DNA of 64,000 nt. Source: Eledone cirrhosa. Taxonomy: Eukaryota. The notes under the pieces are model-generated. The model was not told the origin of the DNA. It saw only the letters and a list, made by a program, of their open reading frames with translations, and made no database searches. Positions 48,138-61,369 of the stretch are shown here, piece after piece; the stretch's first letter is position 1; each line of letters begins with the position of its first letter. The DNA lies in assembly GCA_964016885.1 (NCBI GenBank), contig OZ024758.1, positions 32,488,001 through 32,552,000 on the forward strand, given 5' to 3'. The position numbers and the translations under genes were made by a program.

Positions 48138-49339
48138 TATATATAATAAATAATATAATATAAACTATGTATAAATAAATATTATATATTTTTATTTTAC
48201 TATATTTATATATAATATGTATTATTTGATATTTAATATACTATTATATCATCTGTACCACTCCCCCAGCGCCCCCTGAACCTTCTTAACTTTGAGAACC
48301 TCTGCTGTAGAGGACGGATTCGTACAGGTATACTGGGTGGGGGGTTTGTGTGTATGTGTAAAATATAATAGAAAAAAGACTTACAGTAATATAGCAGTTA
48401 TGTTTCTAAATATCTTTCCCCTTCCCATCACACACTCCAGATGAAACATTTATTTCAATCCTTCTTCTATTGAACTACATACTGCTAGAAACATCAACCA
48501 TACTCAATTTGCAACTCTCATAGTCAAGGAAGTTTTTTTTCAGCAGACAATCAAATATATGAATTTTCATACTTTAGTTATAAATTCTGATGTTTTTGTT
48601 ATCAGTTGAATAGAAAAGTTAATGGTATAGATTAGAAACAAAAACACAAATCTGTGTTAGCCAATTATAGATGCTGCTTTTGAAAGTGTTTTCAACAAAA
48701 CTGCTTCAGAATGGTATAAATGTTAAAGAGCAGACATAAGTATAGAAAAAAAAAATGTTTGGATATCTAGTACTAGAATAATAGAGTAAAATACAATCTG
48801 CTAACTTATTCTAACCAATATCTATTCTACATATATTGACAGAATATTCTATATTCAACAGTATTCACAGCATCCAACCCAATCTTGTACATAACTAGAC
48901 TAATATATAACAAACATATATCTATATATATATATATATATACATACAAGGCATGTCTACTAATGTTGATTCAGTTAGAATATAAATTGTATTGCAGGCA
49001 TTAGAGTTCTAGAGACACCTAGTGTCATGCATGGCAACTTTCAAACAATGAATGATAATTTTTTTAATAAATATTCATACTTTAAATCCACATGCCTCCA
49101 TACCATCAAATATCATATTAAATTTTCTGTTTAAATGAATGTATATGAAATGATTTTCAAAGGAGAACACTTAGCACCATTATATGCTTCAACATAACAA
49201 TAACAATTTTAATTCAGTTATGGAAATATTCCTAATAAATGTTTTGTAGTTAGGAGTAAATATGTTTGTTTTAAAGATAAACAATCGTCAAAAATGAACG
49301 ACTACTTGTTTTTAATAAAATATTTAGTTATTTAATATA

Positions 49340-49928
49340 ATGATGGTTTCTGATTTAGGCATAAGACCAAGAAATTTAGGTGAGGGGAAAGTCAATCAAA
49401 CCGACTCTAGTGCATTACTAATGAAAGGATGAAAGGCAAAGCTAACGTCGGTGGGATGTAACTATATGCTGCAAAGCATGTTGTCCAACATTCTACCAAT
49501 ATTGCCAATCCACCACCCTTTAATATAATTGTTTCTACTTTTGGCACAAAGCCAGCAATTACCCAGTACATTTTATGGTACTTTATTTTATCGACCCCGT
49601 ATGGATGAAAGGCAAAGTTAACCTCGGCGGGATTTGAACTCAGATCATAAAGGGACGTAACTATGCTGCAAAGCATGTCCGACTCTCTACCGATACTGCC
49701 AATTCACCGAATAATGGTTTTTTATTTAGGCACAAGGCAAATAAATTTGAGGGAGGGGAAAGTCAATCAAATTGGCCTCAGTGCGTTATTTTATCTTATC
49801 AAACCCCGTAAGGATGAAAGGCATTGTTAACTTCGGGAGGATTTGAACTCAGAACGTAAAGTGCCATAACTCTATGCTGCAAAGCATGGTGTCCAACGCT
49901 CTACCGATTCTGCCAATCCACTGCCCTT
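49340..49928 (-). mobile_element. Three tandem head-to-tail Nin-like SINEs
   Basis: Copies at about 49340-49520, 49525-49710 and 49712-49928. Confidence 0.85.
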
Positions 49929-50452
49929 TAATATTTAGAAAAGAACCTATTTTATTTCCATATCTTTTATTTTAACCCTATCATTATCTTTCACTTATAT
50001 TTATTTTTGTAATGATTATAGACAATGGAACAAAAGCCAAACAAAAATTAAAAAATTCTTATAAATGTATTTACTAAGCTAGTATTAATTGCACAATTAC
50101 AAATCGAGTAGATAGCCATTCAATTACTGTCTAATATTAACAGGGTATTGTTATGATAGTAAATACAATATGTCTGAATGTCGTAATTAATGAGAAACAG
50201 ATCTGATGCAAAACTTTATTTCAATATTTCAGTTTATTAAAATGGCGTACTCATTGTTAAAACAAACTTAGTCACCTTATATATTTATATATACAATGAT
50301 AAACCATTTATGCCACAAATGACATTAATTGATCTCAGATTTAAATTGCTGCCTATTTTGCATCAACAGACAAAGAAAAAAAAAAAGAAAAGAAGTTTAA
50401 TGTTAAATTAGAGATATGTAAGCAATTTGACAATTATTTTTATATTTTTATT

Positions 50453-50622
50453 TCATCATCATCACTATTTTTCCACACTTGCATGGGTTAGATGGGTCGT
50501 TCTTGTTATGAGACAAGCCTGGCTAGTTGGCTGCACTGTACCTTGCTCAAACTGAACAGTATTTTGGCTGTTTTCTTTTACAGTTGGATGCCCTTCCCAA
50601 TCCAACCATGTTTACAGTGTGG
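50453..50622 (-). mobile_element. Old SINE with RTE-derived tail
   Basis: CTTGCATGGGTTAGATGGG...CAGTTGGATGCCCTTCCC. Confidence 0.65.
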
Positions 50623-53284
50623 AACATTTAATTTTGTTAAATAAATTCTAAACTTATATAAAGATAAAGACTATGCAATAAGAAAAGAAGAGAAAAGGTA
50701 GTAAAATAAGCTCAATCATACAAATACATGTAATTTAGTCAGTAGAGGAGGAGTGACATTTGCAGGCTCTCCTTGACTAGTAAAACTGATGCAGTTAATG
50801 TCCAGTCTTAATACAAGAAAAGTGTAAGCAAGGAGGAGAGCTGAAGTCTTGTCTAATAAAGACAAGGTAACAGTATTAACAAGCCTACCACTCAATGATT
50901 ATTTTTTTAATTTAAAAATAGTTTCAACAATTACACATACACATTTGCATAGTAATTTGAATATAGTAATTATTGGAAAACTATTTGTTTAGAATCCTAA
51001 CACCAATAAGTGACACCATTTTAAGGGTAATTTTAGTTTCTTGATCTTGACAATAATATTCCTGTAAACTTAAATTATTTAATTAAAATACGAGAAAAAG
51101 AAATATATGGCTTTTGAAGGCCGTTTTAGGTAGTTGATATTGAAGTTGAACTTCTGCAGGTTGATGTCTTAAGACAAAATATGGGCAAATAGGGAATTCC
51201 AGAAGATTGTGGTTTTTAGGAGGAATGACTGGGAAATGTTGTTAGTGTGGAGTTCTGGGAGAGAGGGGATGGGGTTCAGTAGGAGATTCCTTTAGATAGG
51301 AGAGATGGGTTAGAGATAGAGAATCAGAATTTCTATCTCAAAGAGGAACAATATTTGTGGTTTGCTTGTTAGTGGTTATATAGAATCATGGTTGGACCAA
51401 AGTCTACATATGTTTGCTTAAAGGAGATAATAGGCAACTATTATATCACAAAACAGTATGTAAATCTTCATAATTATCCTAACTGGAGGAATTCAGTGGT
51501 CTTGAATAGATCTCATAAATCCTGTGTTTGATGCAGGGGACCAGTCATGAACTGGAGAAGAGAATATGGGATTTTGAGCCAGCTGAAAGAGCAGCTCCAC
51601 AGGGTATTGTCCACCCTAGAGCATTACTCATGAGTTTGAAACCCTGTTTTATCTCATAGTGGAGCCTTTATTACAAAACTTTACCATGTGTACACTTCTT
51701 TGACAATCAAGGACATTATGCAAGAGGAATTGTCAGAAGCAGTACATCATGAAATAGTGTTATGTTGTCATGAAATCAAACACATGATCCAGATTTTTGC
51801 AACAGAGCAAACTTCCTTGAAGTCAGCCAAGGATCAGATCGTGGTATATATTCTATAAAATTAGATTATTTTAGTTATATGAGATTAACCTGCAATCAGC
51901 TATCAGAGAATAACTTTAGGATTATTTCTTCCCCACAACATCGCTATAGTGTTTTATTATTGTAGTATAAACAGTGGAGAAGTTGTATTCTGGGAATCAG
52001 TGCCTCAATACGTTGTGTTGGTTCAAGTTCTTCAGAAATAAGCTGGCAGCAATTAAGCATACTTGTAATCAAAATAATTCCACTGAAGAATATTCTCCTC
52101 TATTTGACATGCATTGTATATCTCAGGCTATATTAACTAATGTGACCTTTTATTAAGATGGAATTGCACAGCCTGAGGGAAACCTGGCTGTCATTTCCAG
52201 CAGTTGAGCAACCATATAGAACTTCACTTGTTAGCTCAGGTGTGAGTTGTGGATATTTCAACATGACCAATGTTCTTATACAGGTTATCTTTTATGCCAC
52301 GATAGAAATCATGTCTCCCGTTAGATAGTTCTCTAATAGTAGATTAATCTCATATAATGGTAGATTATATAAAAATATATCAACATCGTAGACATTACAG
52401 AAAGGTTGCTAGTTCAGATACAACTATAGTCTGAAACAAAGTAATGGCTATTTTCAAAGTTTTTAAATCTGAAAATTTCCATTTTCAGTTTATATTAAAT
52501 TCAACTATGGAACATTGGAAATTTCCTCTATGAATATTATATGAAAAGTATATTACTCTCTTTTGATATGATTGTCAACCTTGGATTAATGTACAAATGT
52601 TTATCTAAATCCAAGATACACTTAAAGATTATGACATTAACATGTTCTGAAAGTTGTTAGTCAAAAGTTTAAATCTCAGGTCATTGCTCACACCACCTGA
52701 TGCTTCAACTGCAATGTTAGTAGTGATTATATTTTTCATTTTATTTCGCTTACATAATCAAAGCAACCTTTTAAGATTGAATGATCTCCTTTGAAATGGA
52801 TCATTTCTTTCTTTAATATACAGAATGTACTTTGTAGTATCTTCAGATCAAAGAGGATGATACAAATATCATGCTTTATAATACATGGTAATTATATTTA
52901 CATGCAAAACTCACATGCACACATACTAAACAGACATGTCTGTAAAACACAATACTAACACAGCCATTATTTATATTTTTCTATTGTTGCTATCCATAAT
53001 TTCACTGATAACTACAGACTAGTTACATTTTCTTCTCAAGATCAACATTATTAGGACTATGAGCATCAAAGACATGTGATACTAAAAAGAGATAAAAATA
53101 GAAGTACATGATAGTTACTTTATTCAATACAGCATGCTAATTACCATCTACAGACATTACAAATCAGGTGGGGTATATGGGAGGGGGGGGGTCTTACAGA
53201 ACTCACCCATAAAGTTCTCATTTCAAGGAGGTGGTGCATGCTGGAAATCGTAGAGTAGGATCACGTGTTGAAGTTTACACTTGA

Positions 53285-53399
53285 TCACAAATTGTGAAGA
53301 AAGACAGCAATATGCAGCAAAATTTGGATCTCCAGATTGGAGAGCTTCCTGGCTGGAGAATGAGAGAAGCCATGATATGACGAATTGAAAGAAAATGAA
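53285..53399 (-). CDS. Candidate terminal exon of an unidentified host gene
   Basis: Pyrimidine tract and CAG acceptor (GTCTTTTTCAG); one frame gives SFSFNSSYHGFSHSPARKLSNLEIQILLHIAVFLHNL*; AATAAA about 165 nt downstream; TE-poor unique context. Confidence 0.22.
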
Positions 53400-54751
53400 C
53401 TGAAAAAGACAGCTGATGAAGATCTTTTTTGTGTTTCTTTTTTTTACTGCTTTTTGGTTCATAAAAAAAAAAGGTTTGTAAAACATTGAAAACTGTTTTG
53501 AATGCAGTATTGCAATCCATTGTTTGTCATTTGTTGATTATGAATGTTTTAACTTAAATTTAGTTGACAATCCTTGCAGAAAATAAAAGAAAAAGAAAAT
53601 TAAGAAAATAAAATTCCTTGATATTCTTTTCTGGTAGCCATGGAGAAAAACAGAAAACCAAATTTATTACAAACAAACAGAAGTGCCATTGTAAACTTTC
53701 ATACAAAATCAACAAGATTGGCTTTCTGTTATATTTATGGTTTTATAGTTACAATGATTTTTCTAGATAAATTCAGTTTTCTAGATAAATTCAATGTTTG
53801 TTTTTTTATAAGAAAGTTCACTTGCAGCCTTACCATTCAGATTGAAGCAACAAACTTGAAACCTAGAAGTCACTAAGTCGCTGCAAATTTTCGACTTAGA
53901 AAATACAATTTACACATAACTCATTAAGTATTGAGTACTCATTCATTTAATGTCTGAATGCTTCAAATACTATGGTATTTTAAATACATTCTAATATATA
54001 TATATATACACACAAATACACACACACATATATATATATATACACACACACCCCACTCTCAATAAGTGTGAACCTAATACCTTTCGTAACTTGTGTTGTT
54101 TTTTACTTATATATATATATGATTCTCGCTGAATTTATATTTGTATTAATCTCCCGAGTCTTACAATTAACCTGTTAATAATTCTATTGACAGATTAATT
54201 GCATAGGTTTATTTTAAAAACTACCCGGTTGAGTGCTTATTCGATTTGTGCTATTTATGCAATTTTTTGCATGATTTACACATACTGAATTCAGTTGCCA
54301 AAATATGGGGAATTTCCCCTTGTGAGTTACACATGTGCTTTTACAAAGTTCTGTTTCATTCACAAAGTTGGTTACAGAGCAAAATACCTGTTGAAAACGT
54401 GATATTCCTTGTTCAATCTTTATGCTAAAAGCTTATAGTTTTAAGCAGACAGTATTATTGATTTAGATGTCATAGAAACCCTGCATTTGGATTTTACCAT
54501 CAATTCCATTTGGGTCCAGGTCTGTTTTTATCATTTATTTTGTTTGACCTGTTTTGCTTGATTTGTTTTTTGGCTTAGGTGGTTAATGCCTTCTTAACCA
54601 CTTTTTCAGTTTGTATGGCGTTTTAACATATTGTTTAGCTCTAGTTTTCTTAACTATTGGAGCGTTTCTTTTCGCTTATTCTACCGGCCGAAATACGATT
54701 CTTGCTGAATTTATATTTATATATATACATATATGCATATATACACATACA

Positions 54752-54805
<54 letters not shown>

Positions 54806-54925
54806 CATCGTTTAACGTCTATCTTCCACGCTAGCATGGGTATACACATACATAAACACACACATACATACATATATCTGTATATCTATATACACATACA
54901 TATATATATATGTATATACACATAC

Positions 54926-54970
<45 letters not shown>

Positions 54971-55134
54971 AGAAAAAAAGAGAACCAGTGTTGCGATGAA
55001 TGGAATTTATTGCAATCGTTTCTCTGGCGGCCAGCTCGAGGCATGATCGATGTGATGATCGAACCTGACTCTGAAAATCGCAAGGTCCTCAGATACGTCT
55101 TGATGCACTTAGTTCATTTATGCTTTGCCGTTCA

Positions 55135-55730
55135 CGTGTATTACTATTACACATCCAACAGGGAATCCATGCTTCGTTCCTCTGCACACAATGCCCATGT
55201 CTCACTGCCATGTAACATTATTGTTGTATGCAGGCATCATACAGTCTGCCTTTAAACCTTTAGTGGCCAATAGTGGTATAAGCTCTCTGAACTTTTTCCA
55301 TCCCGTTCTGACTCTGGCTACTGTACTTTCAGAGCACCCTCCACCACAGCTGATTTTGTCACCCAGGTAATGAAAGGTGTCCACTATTTCTATAGAACCA
55401 TCTTGTCAACAGAAGGGGCTAGTATCCTGTGGACACTTGCTACTTATTGCACCTGAGCACCGGCCACATATAAAATCTACGTCATTAGATAGCTTACCTG
55501 TGATCCCTCTACATCTTTTATGTACCATAATTTGTATTTGGAACATAAAATGGAATTTCTGCCTACTCCTTTCCTACACACTGAGCAAGGCCATTTCCCA
55601 GAGGGGACCTGTGCCATATTTTCCTTCCTACATACAAGAACTTTAGTCTTAGGCAAGTTTACTTTAAGGCCTCTAGTTCAGCCATCGATTCAGCTATGAG
55701 TGTTAGATCATCTGCATATAGAAGTTCTCA
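55135..55730 (-). mobile_element. RTE LINE internal fragment
   Basis: DTFHYLGDKISCGGGCSESTVARVRTGWKKFRELIPLL; related to 41890-44966. Confidence 0.85.
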
Positions 55731-55773
55731 TATATATATAATATAAATATATCACCATATCGGTGGGAAGAGC

Positions 55774-55813
55774 TGTCGTAACGAAGGCCAGTCAAGCCTG
55801 AAATGCATAGACG
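55774..55813 (+). ncRNA. Degenerate minimal hammerhead motif
   Basis: TGTC-GTAACGA-AGGC(CAGTCAA)GCCT-GAAAT-GC-ATA-GACG; palindromic ATGCAT; core mutated. Confidence 0.45.
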
Positions 55814-55979
55814 GTTGTCCCCCTTGCTTCTGGTGGACACCACCAGAGGGCTTTAGTCCCGATGTTTGCATAGCTATGGCTTCCTAAAACCGTGTTTCTT
55901 TAGAAATACAAAATCTCTATACATATTTGTATAAAGCTATGCTTGAAGCGAAATCTTATTTCTTATATATATATATATA

Positions 55980-57118
55980 TTTATTAAAATAACAGATTAA
56001 AGTTTAAGAAAAGAATCGCTGCTTTCACCCTTAACGGGATCTTCTGAAACTAAAAAAAATCAATCTGTGAACGCAGAAGTAAATATTTCGAAAAATGTTG
56101 CAACCGAAGGGAGACAGGAAAATGATACTTTGGTTCGTGGAAATTTCCCCTGCCAAAGAATGGAAAAAAACCGAAGATAATACATCATTATTTGGGGCGG
56201 GGAGAACACGCAAAGATAAAACCACGTTTATGGTATAAATGAAGTCGTAGACTAATATTCCATTAGGTGGTTCGTGGAGACGTTCCCTGGCAATGAACGG
56301 AAAAAACGAAGATAATACGTCATTATGTGGAGCGATGAGAACAATTACACGCAAAGACAAAACCACGTATATGGTATAACTGAAGTCGTAGACTACAATT
56401 CTATTAGGAAACCAAATGATTCTCGGTTTCAGAGTTAAGAATAATTGTTTCTACTTTAGGCACAAGGTCAGCAATTACCCAGTGCATTACTGGTACTTTA
56501 TTTTATCGACCCCGTAAGGATAAAAGGCAAAGTTAACCTCGGCGGGATTTGAACTCAGACCGAAACAGGCTGTAACCCTATGCTGCAAAGACTGGCGTCT
56601 GACCCTCTACCGATACTGCCAATCACAGAGGTAATTGAAATCAACAATAATTAATTATATACATGCACGCATCCATATACGTACATACACATGCATACGC
56701 GAAAACACCCACCATGGGTGTGCAAATACAGGCACATGCACATAAACACGTGCACACATACAAAAACCTACGCAACACCTGTACCCGCATACATACGAAC
56801 GTATACACCAAATACACACAAAACGTATATATAAAAAAAAATGTATATGTGTGTGTGTGTGTGCACGTATACATATAATTATATATACGTATATAAATAT
56901 ACACACATAAACACACATATAACGCACGCACACACATACCTACATGTAAATACACATATGTTCGCTAAACGTACGTCAACCAAAACACAAAGTACACATA
57001 TACACACACCCTACATACGTGCAAACCCACATACTCACGGGTCTTATATATCTGATATATATTTATCCTTATCGAGCCCTCTTTGGATTTTAGTCTTCAA
57101 ATTTATTATTATTACTAA
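55980..57118. mobile_element. Penelope-like module: long inverted part joined to a plus-strand 3' tail; a Nin-like SINE is inserted at 56443-56625
   Basis: 55980-57035 matches 25497-26170; 57045-57115 matches 24130-24200 on the plus strand. Confidence 0.6.
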
Positions 57119-57466
57119 TATATATATATATATATATATATATAGATGTATATATATATATAGATGTATATATATACACATATACATATATACACACTAG
57201 GAGCTAGGGTCCGTGCATGCATTATAGAAACTTGAGTTGATCAATTGCGTCGGTTGAAGTAAGCAGAATTTTGGCTGCTTACTAAATCGTAGACACAAAA
57301 AAAGATAACACACACACACACACACACTAGATAACACTACATGTGGCTTTGACCGGGAGGGTGATTTAGAGGGAATTGGGGGGGGGGGGGTAAGGCTGCA
57401 CAGCCCCACTTTCCGCCATGGCGACTGGACTGCATGCCCTGCTTTCCAGGTTACCCTTCGCCACTG

Positions 57467-57467
<1 letters not shown>

Positions 57468-57553
<86 letters not shown>

Positions 57554-57566
57554 TATATGTATATAC

Positions 57567-57599
<33 letters not shown>

Positions 57600-57733
57600 C
57601 ACATATACATATATGTATATACATATATATATATACATATATGTATATACATATATGTATATACATATATATATGTATATACATAAATATGTGTATATAT
57701 ATATATATATATATACATATACATAAATATGTG

Positions 57734-57766
<33 letters not shown>

Positions 57767-57785
57767 ATGTATATACATATATGTG

Positions 57786-57820
<35 letters not shown>

Positions 57821-57821
57821 G

Positions 57822-57865
<44 letters not shown>

Positions 57866-57884
57866 TCTATCTATCTATCTATCT
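57468..57884. repeat. Long (TA)n/(TACA)n microsatellite
   Basis: Direct reading of the sequence. Confidence 0.97.
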
Positions 57885-58222
57885 AAGGCGGGTAAAATTC
57901 CCGAGATCCATGGATGAGTTCTCTCCAGCGGTCTCTGTCCCTCATCATCGCTGCCATGTCCTGCGTCTCCAACAGACCAGTGTCTGTCCTTAGGGCATCA
58001 ACATACGTTAACCTTGGTCTTCCTCTTCCAGTGTGTCCATGTAGGGGCTCCCAAAGGAGTACTGAGTGCAATGTCAACTCTGGATGTCGGTGAGCATGTC
58101 CAGCCAACCTCAGTCTCCTCTGTGTCACTTTTGAGCTGACTTTTGGGATGCTCCCATACAGCTCTGAGTTTTTCAGATGGGTGCTACACGAGAATGCTGA
58201 GGATGGCTCTGAACATTAATCA
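57885..58222 (-). mobile_element. Second copy of the RTE-like family, also 5'-inverted
   Basis: 57885-58172 minus RRLRLAGHAHRHPE..RGRP; 58173-58222 plus GATGGGTGCTACACGAGAATGCTGAGGATGGCTCTGAACATTAATCA; (ATAG)n tail. Confidence 0.85.
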
Positions 58223-58371
58223 TTATTAATATACATATATATATATATATACATATATATATACACATATATATATATACATTTATATATATATATACAT
58301 TTATATATATATATACATTTATATATATATATACATTTATATATATATACATTTATATATATACATATATT

Positions 58372-59310
58372 GTTGTGTGTGTGCATGTTCCATGTTTTTA
58401 CATTTGCACAATTTCAAACCGATTCGACTCAAAGTCTGTAAGAATCTTGTAAATGGTCTAACTTAGGTCAATGACTATTTATTAATTTCAAACTCGCCCA
58501 CAATTACGGAAATAATTGATAAAACTAAATACTTGACGCTTTACTCCTCTAATACAATCTGATACCCTCTCTCTACTCCCCTTAAAATTCGATAAAACTA
58601 CATACATGCTGCAACTTTCTCTTATATACGCTTAAACTTACAAACTTCCTTTAGGAACCCCAAAGAAAGAAGAGAGAAAGAGATGACGGAGAGAGAGAAG
58701 AGAGTGTGAGAGAGAGAGAACGTTTGGTTTTGAGTGTGGAACGGTCAAACATTTATTCACTTCAATGACAACGAAGAGAACTTATTTCAGTTCATACGAA
58801 ATAACAATTATTCAAAAGCAACAGATACATTTATTCAATAACAAAACAAATAGCGATAAATCTTTTTTAAAACATCTCTCAACGAACATGGAAGAAAGAA
58901 GTATCAGTTTATTTACTATACACAATAATATCCTCTATGAGGTCACTTAACCTGCTAGAAACAGCAGCTAACTCTCCCCCATATCACACCCCTCCCTACT
59001 GTCTTAAATTTAGAAAACACACATTAGACAACCATACAGAACAACTACATCGCAGCTCTGTTGTTCGGCTGGCATCGTCTACGCGCGTGTTACGCAAGTA
59101 CTGTGAAACAATAAATTTCAACACTTCTTTGCACAGAGATAATATCCATAGGCGAAACTACAATTGTCACTGCTGGCGCAGCTCCTGCTTCCAGGTCTGC
59201 AATTCATTCACCCAGTGCCTGGCAGACAAAAAAGTGCTGCCATAAAATGGGTGGTGCAACCTAACTTTGCTAACTTACTGACCCCGAGCAACGCCGGGCT
59301 TTAATGCTAG
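58372..59310 (+). mobile_element. Non-autonomous Helitron-like element
   Basis: 3' hairpin CCCGAGCAACGCCGGG followed by GCTAG|T; 5' region with AAACCGATTCGACTCAAA. Confidence 0.65.
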
Positions 59311-59377
59311 TATATATATATGTATACATATATAAACAATTAAGTCAAAAATGTCTAGAAAGGCCGGAAGATAGGTA

Positions 59378-59422
59378 AATATTGCTGATGAGATGTAACA
59401 ACATCGAAACTAGTCCAATATT
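59378..59422 (+). ncRNA. Intact minimal type I hammerhead ribozyme 1
   Basis: AATATTG-CTGATGA-GATG(TAACAA)CATC-GAAAC-TA-GTC-CAATATT; predicted cleavage after C59415. Confidence 0.88.
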
Positions 59423-59845
59423 CCTTGTCTGGCTTTCTGGAGAATAGAGGAAAGGTGTTTCCTCGAAAACCAGTATCACTCTAAAAACCGGTTTGTCTGT
59501 GTGTTTACATACAGAATAGCTGGACACTCACAGTAAAGTGACCAGTGAAAAACTCAGTACATCTACATATGTACACGTGTGTGTATTCATATGCATACTA
59601 GTATTTCAGTATACATATGTGGATGTACATTTTTGACTTAATTGTTTAAGCGTCAGTCATACAAAAGTGAGTTACAAACGAAACGAAATTTAATTTCGTT
59701 TCGTTATTTGTTTTTTTATCGTCTCCGTTGAACCGGTACGTACTCACGCTCTATGCAAATTGGTCTGCCCACTACTAATTTTCATAGAAAAGGCATATAA
59801 CGATATGTGCTTTTACGATTCTCTAGAAAGGCCGGAAGATAGGTA

Positions 59846-59890
59846 AATATTGCTGATGAGATGTAACAACATCGAAACTAGTCCAATATT
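59846..59890 (+). ncRNA. Intact minimal type I hammerhead ribozyme 2
   Basis: Identical to ribozyme 1; predicted cleavage after C59883. Confidence 0.88.
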
Positions 59891-60379
59891 CCTTGTCTGG
59901 CTTTCTGGAGAATAGAGGAAAGGTGTTTCCTCGAAAACCAGTATGACTAAAAAAAACGGTTTGTCTGTGTGTTTACATACAGAATAGCTGGACACTCACA
60001 GTAAAGTGACCAGTGAAAAACTCAGTACATCTACATATGTACACGTGTGTGTATTCATATGCATACTAGTATTTCAGTATACATATGTGGATGTACATTT
60101 TTGACTTAATTGTTTAAGCGTCAGTCATACAAAAGTGAGTTACAAACGAAACGAAATTTAATTTCGTTTCGTTATTTGTTTTTTATACATATATATATAC
60201 ACATATAACCAAAGATTAATATGGTTTATTGATTACTCAATGAACATAGTTTTACAATAGATTATAAGAACTCTACAAAGAAGTTTTCTGGAGTTATTAA
60301 TATTATTCAGTCAATACTGCCAATACTGGAATTGAACCATCAAGACTGTTGAGGTATGTCATACATCAATTCATGTATT

Positions 60380-60438
60380 TTATCTGATGAGGACGTACTG
60401 AAAAAACAGCACAGTAACTTCGAAATATATACAATAAA
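60380..60438 (+). ncRNA. Hammerhead-like motif in another pLTR remnant
   Basis: CTGATGA-GGA.GTACTG..CAGTAAC.TTC-GAAAT-AT-ATA-CAATAAA; stem I poor. Confidence 0.45.
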
Positions 60439-60483
60439 ACATATTTTGATTATGTGAATGTCTCCTTTTATTAAAATTCTGAA

Positions 60484-60504
60484 TACACATATATATATAT
60501 ACAC

Positions 60505-60535
<31 letters not shown>

Positions 60536-60563
60536 CATATATACATATATACTTATATTTATA

Positions 60564-60601
<38 letters not shown>

Positions 60602-60918
60602 CATATATACATATATACTTATATTTATATACATACATATATACATATATATATATATACACATACATATATACATATATACTTATATTTATATACATAC
60701 ATATATATATATATACTTATATTTATATACATACATATATATATATATATACACATACATATATACATATATACTTATATTTATATACATACATATATAC
60801 ATATATATATATACACATATATATACATATATATATACATATATATATACACATATATATACATATATATATATACATATATATATATATACATATATAT
60901 ATATACACATATATATAC

Positions 60919-60951
<33 letters not shown>

Positions 60952-60962
60952 CATATATATAC

Positions 60963-60994
<32 letters not shown>
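60484..60994. repeat. Compound (TA)/(TACA) microsatellite
   Basis: Direct reading of the sequence. Confidence 0.95.
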
Positions 60995-61325
60995 CCATGC
61001 TCCGCTGGATGTGCAATAGTAATATACATGAACGGCAAAGCATAAACGAACTAAAGAAAAAATTAGAAATAAGAGGGATCAGATGTTGTTTACTCGAGAG
61101 AAGGCTACGTTGGTACGGTCACGTGATGCGCATGAAAGACGACAGCTGTATAACAAAGTGCAGGGCAATAAAGATAGACGGTAGCCACGGAGTAGGCAGA
61201 CCCAGAAAAACATGGGACGAGCTGATAAATTCCGACCTCACACGCTTACACCTCTCCAAGACAATGTCACTGGACCGAGACCTTTGGCGGTACTCAGTAA
61301 TAGAGAAGACCCGCCTTACCTAAAT
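60995..61325 (+). mobile_element. RTE LINE 3' fragment
   Basis: [32 protein letters not shown]. Confidence 0.88.
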
Positions 61326-61369
61326 ACAAAGTAAAAACCTACTTACAGTCAGTAGGCATCTCTATCAAA

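Larger units (their letters stand above)
59333..60186 (+). mobile_element. Retrozyme/Penelope-pLTR-like tandem repeat, 468-bp unit, about 1.8 copies, with a 22-bp inverted 5' tag
   Basis: 59354-59821 is repeated at 59822-60186; 59333-59354 is the reverse complement of 59627-59648; flanked by (TA)n. Confidence 0.85.

Noticed and set aside
51710-51858. Short plus ORF MQEELSEAV...QIFATEQ..AKD
   Set aside because: Resembles a decayed RTE RT segment (DQIF..Q..EK..AKD) rather than a host exon; too degraded to annotate
55005-55096. Minus-strand CTGAGGA...GAAACGATTGC-AATAAA
   Set aside because: No convincing stem I, stem II or cleavage triplet
57197-57993. Many YI/IY-rich ORFs (also at 2036, 26023, 33075, 41381, 54611 and 60458)
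   Set aside because: Translations of (TA)n/(TACA)n microsatellites
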